Shown: positions 33,221 through 44,850 of the stretch, one piece after another | How the letters are laid out: each line of letters starts with the position of its first letter | Numbering within the stretch: the first letter of the stretch is position 1 | Sequence record: NC_041917.1 | Length of the DNA stretch: 64,000 nt | Direction: 5' to 3' (one strand) | Notes under the pieces: model-generated | Databases searched by the model: none | Told to the model about the DNA's origin: nothing | What the model saw: the letters and a program-made list of their open reading frames with translations, nothing else | Position numbers and translations under genes: made by a program

Positions 33221-33799
33221 ATGGCTCAAAAAGAAATTTCATTGATGCAAGTACGTATGGGTAAACAACGCGATTTACCACTTGCACTTGAAAAAGGACA
33301 ACTAGGATTAAGTACTGATGTTGGACGTATGTTCATCGGTCTTCCAAGTTCTTCAGACCCAGCATCAATTGTTGCGGGACGAACTTGGGAAAATGCACCT
33401 AATTCTGGAAAAGAGAATATAGAAATAATTACTGAATTTACCCCTTGGTCTATAATTAATAATATTGTTAATAGACCTTACAAAACTACAGTACCTGCAA
33501 ATGGTTCAGTTACGGTAAATGTTCAAAGTACATCAAGAGTATTTTTAGAATATATAGCGTATAGTAATGCTACAGGAAGTACATTACTAGAATCCGGTGC
33601 AGTTCAAATGGTAGTTCAAGGAAGCACAGTACTTCTTTCTCAACAAAATAATACGAATCAACCTGATGGATTAGTTGTAGTAGAATATGAAGATCCATCA
33701 TATGATTCAGGTACACAAAGAATGTCAATTACTTTATCCAATAATAGCAATGAAGCATTTACAGTTGAGTACATACTACGTGGGTGGGATGCTTTTTAA
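33221..33799 (+). CDS. Virion structural protein with an Mtd/hyaluronidase-type N-terminal anchor
   Basis: MQVRMGKQRDLPLALEKGQLGLSTDVGRMFIG resembles the fibre/Mtd N-terminal trimer module. Confidence 0.6.
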   Translation: MAQKEISLMQVRMGKQRDLPLALEKGQLGLSTDVGRMFIGLPSSSDPASIVAGRTWENAPNSGKENIEIITEFTPWSIINNIVNRPYKTTVPANGSVTVNVQSTSRVFLEYIAYSNATGSTLLESGAVQMVVQGSTVLLSQQNNTNQPDGLVVVEYEDPSYDSGTQRMSITLSNNSNEAFTVEYILRGWDAF

Positions 33800-33819
33800 A
33801 AAAGGCACCCGCCTTTTTT
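33798..33819. terminator. Terminator
   Basis: A6-GGC-ACCC-GCC-T6. Confidence 0.6.
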
Positions 33820-33879
33820 ACCCCCAATAAATAGTAAACTACAATTTTTAAGAAAAATAAACAACAACAAGGATGTACG

Positions 33880-36207
33880 ATGATAAACGTTACTAAACGT
33901 AATGGTGCAAAGGAAGCACTTGACTTAGATAAAATCCACCAGATTTTATTTTTTGCGTGTGAAGGTTTAACTGGTGTATCTGTTTCAGAAATTGAAATGA
34001 GATCACAACTTCAATTCTTTGAAGGTATCAGTACTAAAACTATTCATGACATTCTAATTAAAGCAGCTTCTGAATTAATTTCAGAAGAAACGCCTAATTA
34101 TCAATATGTAGCAGGTCGGCTAATTAACTACTCTCTACGTAAACACGTATATGGTGATTACGAACCAATTGCTTTCCTAACACATGTTAACAAACTTGTC
34201 AATCTAGGTAAGTATGATGCTGAAATTTTAGTTAAGTACAGTACAAATGAACTAGAGGAACTTGGTAATTATATTAAGCATAAGCGTGATAATAGATTTA
34301 CATTTGTTGCTATGAAACAATGGGAAGGTAAGTATCTAGTTCAGAACCGTGCTAATAAAAAAACCAAAGCAGATGCACAAATTTATGAAACTCCACAAAT
34401 GGCATATATGATGATTGCAGCAACTATTTTTATGGAATATGCTGAAAATCGTATGCAATATGTTAAAAAGTTTTATGACGCAATTAGTAATTTTGATATT
34501 AGTTTACCAACACCAATTATGTCTGGACTACGAACTGCAACACGCCAATTTAGTTCTTGTGTAGTATTGAACGTTGGTGATAGTTTAGATAGTATTGGTG
34601 CAGGGAACCAAGCGATTCTAAAATATATTTCCAAGAAAGCTGGACTTGGTATTAACTATGGTAGAGTACGTGCTGAAGGATCTGAAATTCGTGGTGGTGA
34701 TGCAGTACATACTGGTTTGATTCCATTCTTATCAGCCGTTGCCAAAACTGTAAAATCATGTTCACAAGGTGGTGTACGTGGTGGTGCAGCAACTGTCCAC
34801 TTCCCATTATGGCATTTAGAATTTGAAGATCTTGTAGTACTAAAGAATAACAAAGGTACTGAAACATCTCGTGTACGTCAATTAGACTATTGTTTCCAAT
34901 TGAATAAAACTTTATATCAACGGTTGATTGAACGTAAGAATATTACTTTCTTCTCACCAAGTGATGTTCCAGGATTATATGATGCATTTTGTGCTGATCA
35001 AAAAGAATTTGAACGTTTATATGTAAAATATGAAAATGATCCAACGATTAGACAAAAAACGTTACCAGCATTAGAAGTATTCAGTGCATTGATGAATGAA
35101 CGTGCAGAGACTGGACGTATCTATATACAGAATATCGACCTAACAAATGAACATTCTCCATTTGATGAAACTGTTGCACCAGTTGAACAAAGTAATTTAT
35201 GTCAAGAAATTGCATTACCATCAATTCCATTTGATGATGTTAAAGATGATGAAAATGGACTAATTAGTCTATGTACTTTATCTGCAATTAATTGGGGTAA
35301 CTTTGATACACCTGAAGAAATGGAAGAAGCGTGTGATTTATCTGTACGTGCATTAGATGCTCTACTAGACTATCAGGACTACCCTGTAATCCACGCAGAA
35401 CGAGCAACACGCCTTTATAGACCACTAGGTGTAGGCATCATTAACCTAGCCTACTTCTTAGCTAAGCGTGGCTTACGATACGATGCAGACGCATTAGCTA
35501 CAGTTAATGAATGGACAGAAGCATGGTCATATTATTTGATTAAATCTTCAGTACAATTGGCTAAAGAAAAAGGTCGTTGTGAAGGATTTGAAAATCTAAA
35601 ATATGCTAAAGGTATTTTACCAATCGATACTTATAAGAAAAGTATTGATGAATTGGTTGGTACAGAACTAAAGATGGATTGGGATGCTCTACGTGAAGAA
35701 ATAGCCGTTCATGGTATTCGTAATGCTACTACTATGGCATTGATGCCAGCAGAAACATCTGCACAAATTAGTAATAGTACTAACGGAATTGAACCACCAC
35801 GTAATTTAGTTTCAGTAAAAGCATCTAAGGATGGTATCTTAAAACAAGTTGTTCCAGAGATTGGTAAACTTAAAAATAAGTATACATTACTTTGGGAACA
35901 AGAAAGCAACATCGGTTATCTAATGTTATGCGGTGTTATGCAAAAATATATTGATCAAAGTATAAGTGCTAATACTAGCTATAATCCAGAACATTTCCCT
36001 AATCAGAAATTGTCAATGGAAATCTTACTTCGTGATCTTATATTAGCGTACAAATACGGTGTCAAGAACTTATACTATATGAATACCAATGATGGTTCAG
36101 GTGAAGTTGATCTTGATAAATTAGAAAACGATAAAAAAGAAAAAGGTATCGTAGTACTACTTCCACCAATGGAAGCAGATGATGATTGCGATAGCTGCAA
36201 GATTTAA
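33880..36207 (+). CDS. nrdA: Class Ia ribonucleotide reductase alpha subunit
   Basis: ATP cone VTKRNG, FSSCV, CSQGGVRGG, QSNLCQEI, MPAETSA, C-terminal CDSCKI. Confidence 0.97.
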   Translation: MINVTKRNGAKEALDLDKIHQILFFACEGLTGVSVSEIEMRSQLQFFEGISTKTIHDILIKAASELISEETPNYQYVAGRLINYSLRKHVYGDYEPIAFLTHVNKLVNLGKYDAEILVKYSTNELEELGNYIKHKRDNRFTFVAMKQWEGKYLVQNRANKKTKADAQIYETPQMAYMMIAATIFMEYAENRMQYVKKFYDAISNFDISLPTPIMSGLRTATRQFSSCVVLNVGDSLDSIGAGNQAILKYISKKAGLGINYGRVRAEGSEIRGGDAVHTGLIPFLSAVAKTVKSCSQGGVRGGAATVHFPLWHLEFEDLVVLKNNKGTETSRVRQLDYCFQLNKTLYQRLIERKNITFFSPSDVPGLYDAFCADQKEFERLYVKYENDPTIRQKTLPALEVFSALMNERAETGRIYIQNIDLTNEHSPFDETVAPVEQSNLCQEIALPSIPFDDVKDDENGLISLCTLSAINWGNFDTPEEMEEACDLSVRALDALLDYQDYPVIHAERATRLYRPLGVGIINLAYFLAKRGLRYDADALATVNEWTEAWSYYLIKSSVQLAKEKGRCEGFENLKYAKGILPIDTYKKSIDELVGTELKMDWDALREEIAVHGIRNATTMALMPAETSAQISNSTNGIEPPRNLVSVKASKDGILKQVVPEIGKLKNKYTLLWEQESNIGYLMLCGVMQKYIDQSISANTSYNPEHFPNQKLSMEILLRDLILAYKYGVKNLYYMNTNDGSGEVDLDKLENDKKEKGIVVLLPPMEADDDCDSCKI

Positions 36208-36216
36208 TATAAAATT

Positions 36217-36240
36217 ATCCCGTCTAGTACGGGATTTTTT
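36217..36240 (+). terminator. Rho-independent terminator
   Basis: ATCCCGT-CTAGT-ACGGGAT followed by T's. Confidence 0.7.
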
Positions 36241-36267
36241 ATCAACAGAAAATGTCAAGGATGAAAT

Positions 36268-37392
36268 ATGTCAGTATTCCAAATTAATACAAAAAACCAT
36301 TTAGAAAAGAATATGTTTTTCGATGAATCCGTTGATATTCAGCGTTTCGAGTCGTTGAAATATCCGTCAATTGAAAAACTAACCGAGTCACAAAAAGGGT
36401 TCTTTTGGTCACCAGATGAAGTTGATCTGTCAAAAGATCGCTTAGATTTTAAAACTTTATCGGATCATGAAAAACATATCTTCACGTCGAATCTAAAACG
36501 ACAAATTCTTCTCGACTCAGTACAAGGTCGTGGTCCTAATCTAGTACTACTACCATATGCATCACTACCTGAACTAGAAAACTTTATTGAAACATGGTCA
36601 TTCTTTGAAGGTGCTATTCATAGTAAATCTTATACTCATATTATTCGTAATGTGTACCCAAACCCATCTGAAGTATTTGATACTATGTTAGATATTCCAG
36701 AAATTACCAGTTGTGCAGCGGATATTTCGAAGTACTATGATGATTTGGATTTATACGGAACTTACTATCGTTTACTTGGTGTAGGTAATCATACAGTTAA
36801 TGGTGAAGAAATTATCATTGATTTGTATGAATTGAAGAAGAAGTTGTGGTTATGCTTAAATTCCATCAATATCTTAGAAGGTGTTCGTTTCTATGTTAGC
36901 TTCGTGTGTTCATGGGCTTTCAGTGAAAATGAAAAAATGGAAGGTAATGGAAAGATCATTAAACTTATTTGCCGTGATGAGAACTTACACTTAGCAGCAA
37001 CACAAATGATGTTACGCTTGCTAAAGAAAGAAGATCCTGATTTTGCACAAATTGCAGAAGAATGTCACGATGAAGTACAACAAATGTTCTTAGATGCTAT
37101 TCAGCAAGAAGAAGAATGGGCAGACTTCTTATTCAAAGATGGTTCTATAATTGGACTAAACGCACCAATTCTAAAACAATATATTCGTTGGATTGGTTGT
37201 AAGAGAATGGGTGCTGTGGGTATTAAATGTCCGTACAGTATTGGTCAGAATAACCCACTACCTTGGACGACTAGTTGGATTAGTGGTGCAGATGTACAAG
37301 TAGCTCCACAAGAAACTGAAATTAGTTCATATATTATTGGTGGTGTAGTTAATGACATTTCAGAAGAATCTTTCAAAAATTTAGAATTATAA
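36268..37392 (+). CDS. nrdB: Class Ia ribonucleotide reductase beta subunit
   Basis: FFWSPDEV, LDSVQ, EGAIHSKSY, LEGVRF, RDENLH, PQETEISSY. Confidence 0.97.
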   Translation: MSVFQINTKNHLEKNMFFDESVDIQRFESLKYPSIEKLTESQKGFFWSPDEVDLSKDRLDFKTLSDHEKHIFTSNLKRQILLDSVQGRGPNLVLLPYASLPELENFIETWSFFEGAIHSKSYTHIIRNVYPNPSEVFDTMLDIPEITSCAADISKYYDDLDLYGTYYRLLGVGNHTVNGEEIIIDLYELKKKLWLCLNSINILEGVRFYVSFVCSWAFSENEKMEGNGKIIKLICRDENLHLAATQMMLRLLKKEDPDFAQIAEECHDEVQQMFLDAIQQEEEWADFLFKDGSIIGLNAPILKQYIRWIGCKRMGAVGIKCPYSIGQNNPLPWTTSWISGADVQVAPQETEISSYIIGGVVNDISEESFKNLEL

Positions 37393-37395
37393 TAT

Positions 37396-37421
37396 AATAA
37401 GGACGCTTAGGCGTCCTTATT
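37396..37421. terminator. Hairpin or terminator
   Basis: AATAAGGACGC-TTAG-GCGTCCTTATT 11-bp stem. Confidence 0.65.
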
Positions 37422-37435
37422 CGTGGAGAATGATA

Positions 37436-37642
37436 ATGGCATTTCAAAGTAATGATATATTCACATTTGATCCGGCATGGATATATAAATTTACATTAAT
37501 GGGTGGATTACAAATAACCGGCACTATAATTAGACCTTTTGATAATGGGATAGTACTAAACGATGGCACCCATATCCCAACGGATAAGATAGTATGCTTT
37601 GTACCAATATCTATTATAAAAGAAAATGAAACACCAGAATAA
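37436..37642 (+). CDS. Small Hfq/Sm-like protein (tentative)
   Basis: FTLMGGLQITGTIIRPFD aligns with the Hfq Sm1 IYLVNGIKLQGQIESFD; HIPTDKIVCFVP aligns with Sm2 MVYKHAISTVVP. Confidence 0.45.
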   Translation: MAFQSNDIFTFDPAWIYKFTLMGGLQITGTIIRPFDNGIVLNDGTHIPTDKIVCFVPISIIKENETPE

Positions 37643-37655
37643 TTTCTGGTATAAT
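37627..37655 (+). promoter_or_regulatory. Putative middle-type promoter TGAAAC-N17-TATAAT
   Basis: Consensus match; the spacer holds the inverted repeat ACCAGAA/TTCTGGT. Confidence 0.75.
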
Positions 37656-37683
37656 AATCTTGTAAATTGAAAAGGAAAACGAT

Positions 37684-37917
37684 ATGAACAACAATGAACT
37701 AAATGATATGGTAGAGAAAAATATTGATGCAGCAGAAGATGAAATCGGTTACGAAATGACTGAAGCTGACCTAGAATATACTCGCAAAATGATCGCACGT
37801 CTTTCTGGTTATTACATGCGTAAAGATGAAGATTTAGCTAAAAAACGTAAAGTTAAACAACAACGCCGTGCTGCAAATAAAGTTGCTCGTAAGTCACGCC
37901 GTACAAATCGTAAGTAA
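37684..37917 (+). CDS. Hypothetical protein with an acidic N-half and a very basic tail
   Basis: SD AAGGA; ends KKRKVKQQRRAANKVARKSRRTNRK. Confidence 0.7.
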   Translation: MNNNELNDMVEKNIDAAEDEIGYEMTEADLEYTRKMIARLSGYYMRKDEDLAKKRKVKQQRRAANKVARKSRRTNRK

Positions 37918-37926
37918 GAGGGAATT

Positions 37927-38304
37927 ATGCAGTATACTTTTGATAAAGTCAAAGAAAATTATCCTAAACGTGCGTATCGTAGTAAGCGTACACTAAAGAA
38001 ATTACATCTTCAAGAATTTGGAGTTGTACTTGCAAGTATTGTTATTAACGCATCTGTATTTGATTCACAGTACTGTGATACCTTACTAGATGCTATGTAT
38101 GAACATGATGATGGTATTTTTGTTTGTGGTGGAAAAGATACTACAACAGTTTTAGTGGAAATCCCTGTTGGAGATTTTTCTATTGATTATGTCAAGAACT
38201 ACTGCCATAAATTATTACTAGATCTATCTGAGATTGATCTAAGCTTTGCAGAAATTGAAAACATCACTGTTCAATACGGTGATGCATATTATGGAGAATG
38301 GTAA
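37927..38304 (+). CDS. Hypothetical protein
   Basis: SD GAGGG; coupled to the next gene. Confidence 0.65.
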   Translation: MQYTFDKVKENYPKRAYRSKRTLKKLHLQEFGVVLASIVINASVFDSQYCDTLLDAMYEHDDGIFVCGGKDTTTVLVEIPVGDFSIDYVKNYCHKLLLDLSEIDLSFAEIENITVQYGDAYYGEW

Positions 38305-39008
38305 TGGGAAACACCGTAGAACAATATAATCAAGTAGTTGAATTCATGAACGTAGGTTCACAAGAAGTGAATACTGAATTTAAATATCCTTCTTGGAAAA
38401 CTGGCCTTTTTCGGTTAAGACTAATTAATGAAGAATTAAATGGAAATAACGAACTAATCGATTCATTAATGAAAGATAGCCCACTTGGTGTTCTTGATGG
38501 TATTTGTGATGTATTGTACGTGGTATATGGTGCATACGCAACATTCGGTCTAGAGCCTATTCGTTGGAATTTACCAAGCGGTGACAAAACAGTAAATCCA
38601 GTACTACCTATGCAGCGTTCTATTTTACATTCTAAACATCTTAATGGTGCATATGAACGTCTAGTTCGTGGTCTAGAGTTAGGCGATCAACCAACAATCG
38701 TCAGTGCACTTCGTGGTATTATTGATAATATTATTGATTTATCTGTTGATTGTGGATTTGATGTTTCTGGTGCATTTACTGAAGTACATGAATCGAATAT
38801 GAGTAAATTTTGTAAAACTCATGAAGATGCACAGAAAAGTATTGAGATGCGTTTAGAACAAGGTAAATTTGAAGATTACACTGGTGCTACAATTCAAGAA
38901 GTACATGTAGGTGATAATACTTATTACATTATTAAACGACGAAATGATGGTAAGATTTTGAAAGGTATGTCGTTCTACGAACCTGACCTATCTAAATTTA
39001 TTCCATAA
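38304..39008 (+). CDS. MazG-like / PRA-PH family NTP pyrophosphohydrolase
   Basis: LINEEL..EL...LDGICDVLYVVYG, FTEVHESNMSK, GKILKG..FYEPDL. Confidence 0.82.
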   Translation: MGNTVEQYNQVVEFMNVGSQEVNTEFKYPSWKTGLFRLRLINEELNGNNELIDSLMKDSPLGVLDGICDVLYVVYGAYATFGLEPIRWNLPSGDKTVNPVLPMQRSILHSKHLNGAYERLVRGLELGDQPTIVSALRGIIDNIIDLSVDCGFDVSGAFTEVHESNMSKFCKTHEDAQKSIEMRLEQGKFEDYTGATIQEVHVGDNTYYIIKRRNDGKILKGMSFYEPDLSKFIP

Positions 39009-39040
39009 AAAAAGGGAGCGAAGGCTCCCTTTCTTATTTT
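39008..39040. terminator. Bidirectional terminator
   Basis: AAAGGGAGC-GAAG-GCTCCCTTT between convergent genes. Confidence 0.8.
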
Positions 39041-39690
39041 ACAAGTGGTTGAATACTTGAAATATATGGTCTTAGACCATTGACTAGATTTTGAACTTGA
39101 AGGTTATCGTATTCTGAGCTTAATGTTATCATGACATATCCCACTACACCAACGTCGATATTTTGAACTATGGGAATAGATATGACACTTTTATATTTAG
39201 AACCAATTTTCTTATACTTTTCACATGAATACATTTGACTTGTATCAAATTTATTCTCACATAAAAGTTGAATTGTGGCGATGTTATCGTAATGTACGTT
39301 ATTCAAAAGAATTTCTTGAACATTGTTAGTACTATCTACCATAGAAACCGTCTTGTTGTCGTTAGGTATTATAGTGCCATCTTTTGTCTCAGAAGTTACA
39401 TTGATTTGACCAGTGTACATAGAATTACTACCATCCGATACAAATTTATACAGTACAGCGGAAGTTATATCAGGGTGATTCATTATCATTTTCCTGAATT
39501 CTATATTAATGTTGTCTACATTTTGTTGCTTTATATTATAGACATTATTCACTATAAGAGGAAAAACCTCTTTCTTTGCTGAGACTTGTATATTATTTAC
39601 ATTGAGTAGCACGAATAATCCAAGTACGAAACACGCGACAATAGTAAGAAGTCTACATAATATAGTAAGCTTTTCTTTACGATTAAACAT
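39034..39690 (-). CDS. Holin-T-like paralog (one TM helix plus a periplasmic GAF-like domain)
   Basis: SD GGAGA before ATG 39690; TM ILCRLLTIVACFVLGLFVLL; SAVLYKFV and SVISIPI...GYVMITL parallel the neighbouring gene. Confidence 0.5.
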   Translation of the reverse strand: MFNRKEKLTILCRLLTIVACFVLGLFVLLNVNNIQVSAKKEVFPLIVNNVYNIKQQNVDNINIEFRKMIMNHPDITSAVLYKFVSDGSNSMYTGQINVTSETKDGTIIPNDNKTVSMVDSTNNVQEILLNNVHYDNIATIQLLCENKFDTSQMYSCEKYKKIGSKYKSVISIPIVQNIDVGVVGYVMITLSSEYDNLQVQNLVNGLRPYISSIQPLVK

Positions 39691-39700
39691 GTTATTCTCC

Positions 39701-40444
<744 letters not shown>

Positions 40445-40488
40445 TTATATACATATTTACCATGAGTATGGTAAAAACAGTAAAAAAC

Positions 40489-40517
40489 TGAAACGGAGAA
40501 CAACAATATGGTATAAT
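40489..40517 (+). promoter_or_regulatory. Putative middle-type promoter TGAAAC-N17-TATAAT
   Basis: Consensus match, divergent from the holin pair. Confidence 0.75.
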
Positions 40518-40546
40518 GTTTACAACACACCTTATAAGAGTCCCAT

Positions 40547-41884
<1,338 letters not shown>

Positions 41885-41888
<4 letters not shown>

Positions 41889-43225
41889 GTATTACGCTTA
41901 CGGACAAGCAACAATATATTTTTGATGACATTATTGACAGAATCAACAACTTCCCTGGTCGAACTGAGGCTGTAATTGTTGGTTATGCAGGAACTGGTAA
42001 AAGTACTTTAGTTTCTAAAATTATTGAGAATATATATCAGGGATATAATATAGCAGTAACTTCACCAACACATAAAGCAAACTCAGTACTTCGTAATATG
42101 TTACGAGATGTTGGATTAGATAAAGATGATGCATTAGTAAGTACAATTCACTCTTTTTTAGGATTGAAATTGGTCTATGAAAAAAATCGTCAAGTTCTTA
42201 AACATGATCCACGTTCAGCTAATAGTACTGCTATGGTTGATGTTCTATTTGTTGATGAATGTAGTATGATTTCGGAAGAAATGTATAATCACATTCTTAG
42301 CCAGATTCATAGGGTTCGTCGTGCAGTTATTTTTATTGGTGACTCATGTCAGCTACCACCAGTGGAAGCTGAAGGAACACTTGGTGAAACAAAACTTAGT
42401 CCAACTTTTGATATTAAATTAAAGTATGAACTAACCGAAGTATTACGTCAAGCACTAGACAATCCTATTATCAATATTGCAACACAAATTCGTGAATGTA
42501 TTGGTACAAATAGAGATCCTTTACTTATTCTAAATCAACTAGAGGGTTTAGAAACAATTCATCCAATCGAGGATGAAATGGAATTTTTAGACATATATAA
42601 GATGTACATTAATGAACATCGCGGATCAGCTAATAAAATATATGACTTTGTTCAAGAAAATAAAATTATTGCATATACAAATTATCGTGTAAACTTTGCT
42701 AATATGTATATTCGCAATGAAGTATTTCCAGAGCATACTAATTCTGAATTTATTAGTGGTGAGCCAATTGTTTTTGAAACAACAACAGAAAACTGTCCAT
42801 ACATGGTTCAGCAAGTAATTCAATGTCCTGAGATTCGGGCGGAATCATTTTTGGGTATTGATTGCTGGCAATTCAAATTACCAAATGGAAGTTATATTTC
42901 AGGAGTAGGTCCATATTCTAGATTAAAATTGGAAGCACATCTTGAAGATTTAGTTGACAAGATTGAACGTAAAGTTGAAAATCCGTTAACTAAAAAGCCT
43001 TTTATGTGGCAAGATTATTATGTTATTAAAAATAAGATGAACGTAATAAACTATCCATATGCTACAACTGCTCATAAGTCTCAGGGAAGTACTTTTAATA
43101 ATATTTGGTTTGATACTGACTTCATTGAGAGAATCCCAAATAATGATACGAAGTGTCGAATATTGTATACAGCATTGACACGCCCTCGGTATCATGTTAT
43201 GTTGAGGAAAAACGGAAGGTTCTAA
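41885..43225 (+). CDS. dda: Dda-like SF1B DNA helicase
   Basis: GYAGTGKS, SPTHKA, VDECSM, GDSCQLPPV, TEVLRQ, ATTAHKSQGST, YTALTR. Confidence 0.92.
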
Positions 43226-43422
43226 TGAAAGAAGAATATTCACATGAATCACATCAATTCGTGTTTAGCAGGACATTGGGTAAGCAGTACTGTGTAAAAT
43301 GTGGTTTGATTGCATTGAACAATGGTTTATCTCAATGGGCGGTTGAAAAAGGGTGCTTAAATGAATTACACCCTTCATTTAAATCAACTAGAGCTAAGTT
43401 CACGAATAAATTTATTTTTTGA
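43225..43422 (+). CDS. Small Cys/His protein
   Basis: HQF...YCVKCG...C..ELH; coupled to dda. Confidence 0.6.
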   Translation: MKEEYSHESHQFVFSRTLGKQYCVKCGLIALNNGLSQWAVEKGCLNELHPSFKSTRAKFTNKFIF

Positions 43423-43459
43423 CCATAAATAATATAAAGTTCTTTTATGGAGACTAATA

Positions 43460-44002
43460 ATGAACAATTTATTCAACGCTTTTAGTATTAAAGTACCAGG
43501 TCAAGCACTAGATGATAAAAAATTCTTCCAGTACTCTGACTATGTAAATACCAGCACAACTGTTCCTACTGATGCACAAACATTGGAAAAAGCAATTGCG
43601 TATGTTAGACTTAAACAAGTTGAACGTAAACTAAGTGAACTTTCAGTTCCTATTTACTTCACTATCAATTTTAGTACTGCGGGAACTGCAAGTGCTGTAC
43701 CAACTGACGCAGAATTGGTTGTTGGCTATATCAGTATCGAACCATTCCTAAGTACATTAGAGACATATCCAGATGAAGCAGATCGCTTTACTGCTGCTGC
43801 TGAAGTCATTAAAACTATTATTGATAAAGCTCTTTCTGAAGAAATCAAAGATGAATTCTTTGAAGTACAGAAAACTTACACTCGTCACCAATACCCTGGT
43901 GCAACTACTACTGATACATATCGTGAATTGGAAACAATTTTTGTAACTGTTCCAGATTCTGGTGAAGTTAGTACAGTAGTACACATTGAAATTAAAGCAT
44001 AA
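43460..44002 (+). CDS. Probable virion structural protein
   Basis: Late-type CATAAATA at 43424-43431 and a strong SD. Confidence 0.55.
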   Translation: MNNLFNAFSIKVPGQALDDKKFFQYSDYVNTSTTVPTDAQTLEKAIAYVRLKQVERKLSELSVPIYFTINFSTAGTASAVPTDAELVVGYISIEPFLSTLETYPDEADRFTAAAEVIKTIIDKALSEEIKDEFFEVQKTYTRHQYPGATTTDTYRELETIFVTVPDSGEVSTVVHIEIKA

Positions 44003-44023
44003 AAACAACAAAATGGAGTTGAC

Positions 44024-44218
44024 ATGGATAGCAAAAAGTTTTATGATATGGTTCTTGAGGACGTAATGGCTTTTGACAAAGTACTTTTCGACCTAGAACA
44101 AATGTCTAATAATGCTCCAAACCCACGTATTCGTACAGTGGCTGATGTAGCAATCTTGCACGTTAAATTGGCACGTGAAATCAGCCAAGCCCTTAAAGAT
44201 GCACACGATGGTAAGTAA
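44024..44218 (+). CDS. Hypothetical protein
   Basis: SD GGAG; 64 aa, helical. Confidence 0.6.
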   Translation: MDSKKFYDMVLEDVMAFDKVLFDLEQMSNNAPNPRIRTVADVAILHVKLAREISQALKDAHDGK

Positions 44219-44225
44219 AAAGTCC

Positions 44226-44253
44226 TTGACTTTTACGAAATTCGTGTTATAAT
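44226..44253 (+). promoter_or_regulatory. Sigma70-like promoter TTGACT-N16-TATAAT with extended -10
   Basis: Near-consensus, upstream of IF3. Confidence 0.6.
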
Positions 44254-44291
44254 CTTATTTGAAAATAATTATTCGGAGTTATAAAATATAT

Positions 44292-44798
44292 ATGAAATCT
44301 GTTATTGCCAATGATCAAATCACTGCAAAGAGCGTTCGCCTCGTTGATGAAAGTTCTAGTACGGTGATGGCAATTAATGCCGCATTAGATCTTGCTTACA
44401 GTAAAGAGATGGATCTAATCCAAGTCTCAGATCAAGATGTACCTGTTGTAAAAATCGCTAATTTGAACAAGTACTTGTACGATCAAAAACAAGCGGAAAA
44501 AGAATCCAAAAAGAAACAACGCCAAAATGCTACCCAAGTAAAAGAGGTTCAGTTTTCTTTTAGTACACAGGAAAATGATTTAAATACTAAAGCGAAGTCG
44601 GCACAGAAATTCATTTCTGAGGGCAAGCAAGTACGTATCGTGATGAAAATCCAAGGACGTACTAATTCCAATCCTAACATTCTTAAACAAAATACTGATT
44701 GTATGGGTAACTTTGTTACTCGTTTAGGTGATGTAGATTTTGTACAAAACATTGCAGTACAAGGTAATAACGTTACCTGCACAGTTAAAGCGAAGTAA
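44292..44798 (+). CDS. infC: Translation initiation factor IF-3
   Basis: ANDQITAKSVRLV...ALDLA...DLIQVS...PVVKI..LNKYLYDQK, VKEVQF, DLNTK...KFISEGKQVRI...QGR. Confidence 0.93.
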   Translation: MKSVIANDQITAKSVRLVDESSSTVMAINAALDLAYSKEMDLIQVSDQDVPVVKIANLNKYLYDQKQAEKESKKKQRQNATQVKEVQFSFSTQENDLNTKAKSAQKFISEGKQVRIVMKIQGRTNSNPNILKQNTDCMGNFVTRLGDVDFVQNIAVQGNNVTCTVKAK

Positions 44799-44850
44799 CT
44801 TTATAAGGGGGTAAATAATTTTTTACCCTCTTAACAACTGGAGTATTATT

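Noticed and set aside
33880-37392. Introns, inteins or homing endonucleases in the usual hotspots (nrdA, nrdB, pol, terminase, uvsX, helicase)
   Set aside because: All are continuous and of normal length for their motifs; no intein termini or HNH/GIY-YIG/LAGLIDADG motifs were seen.
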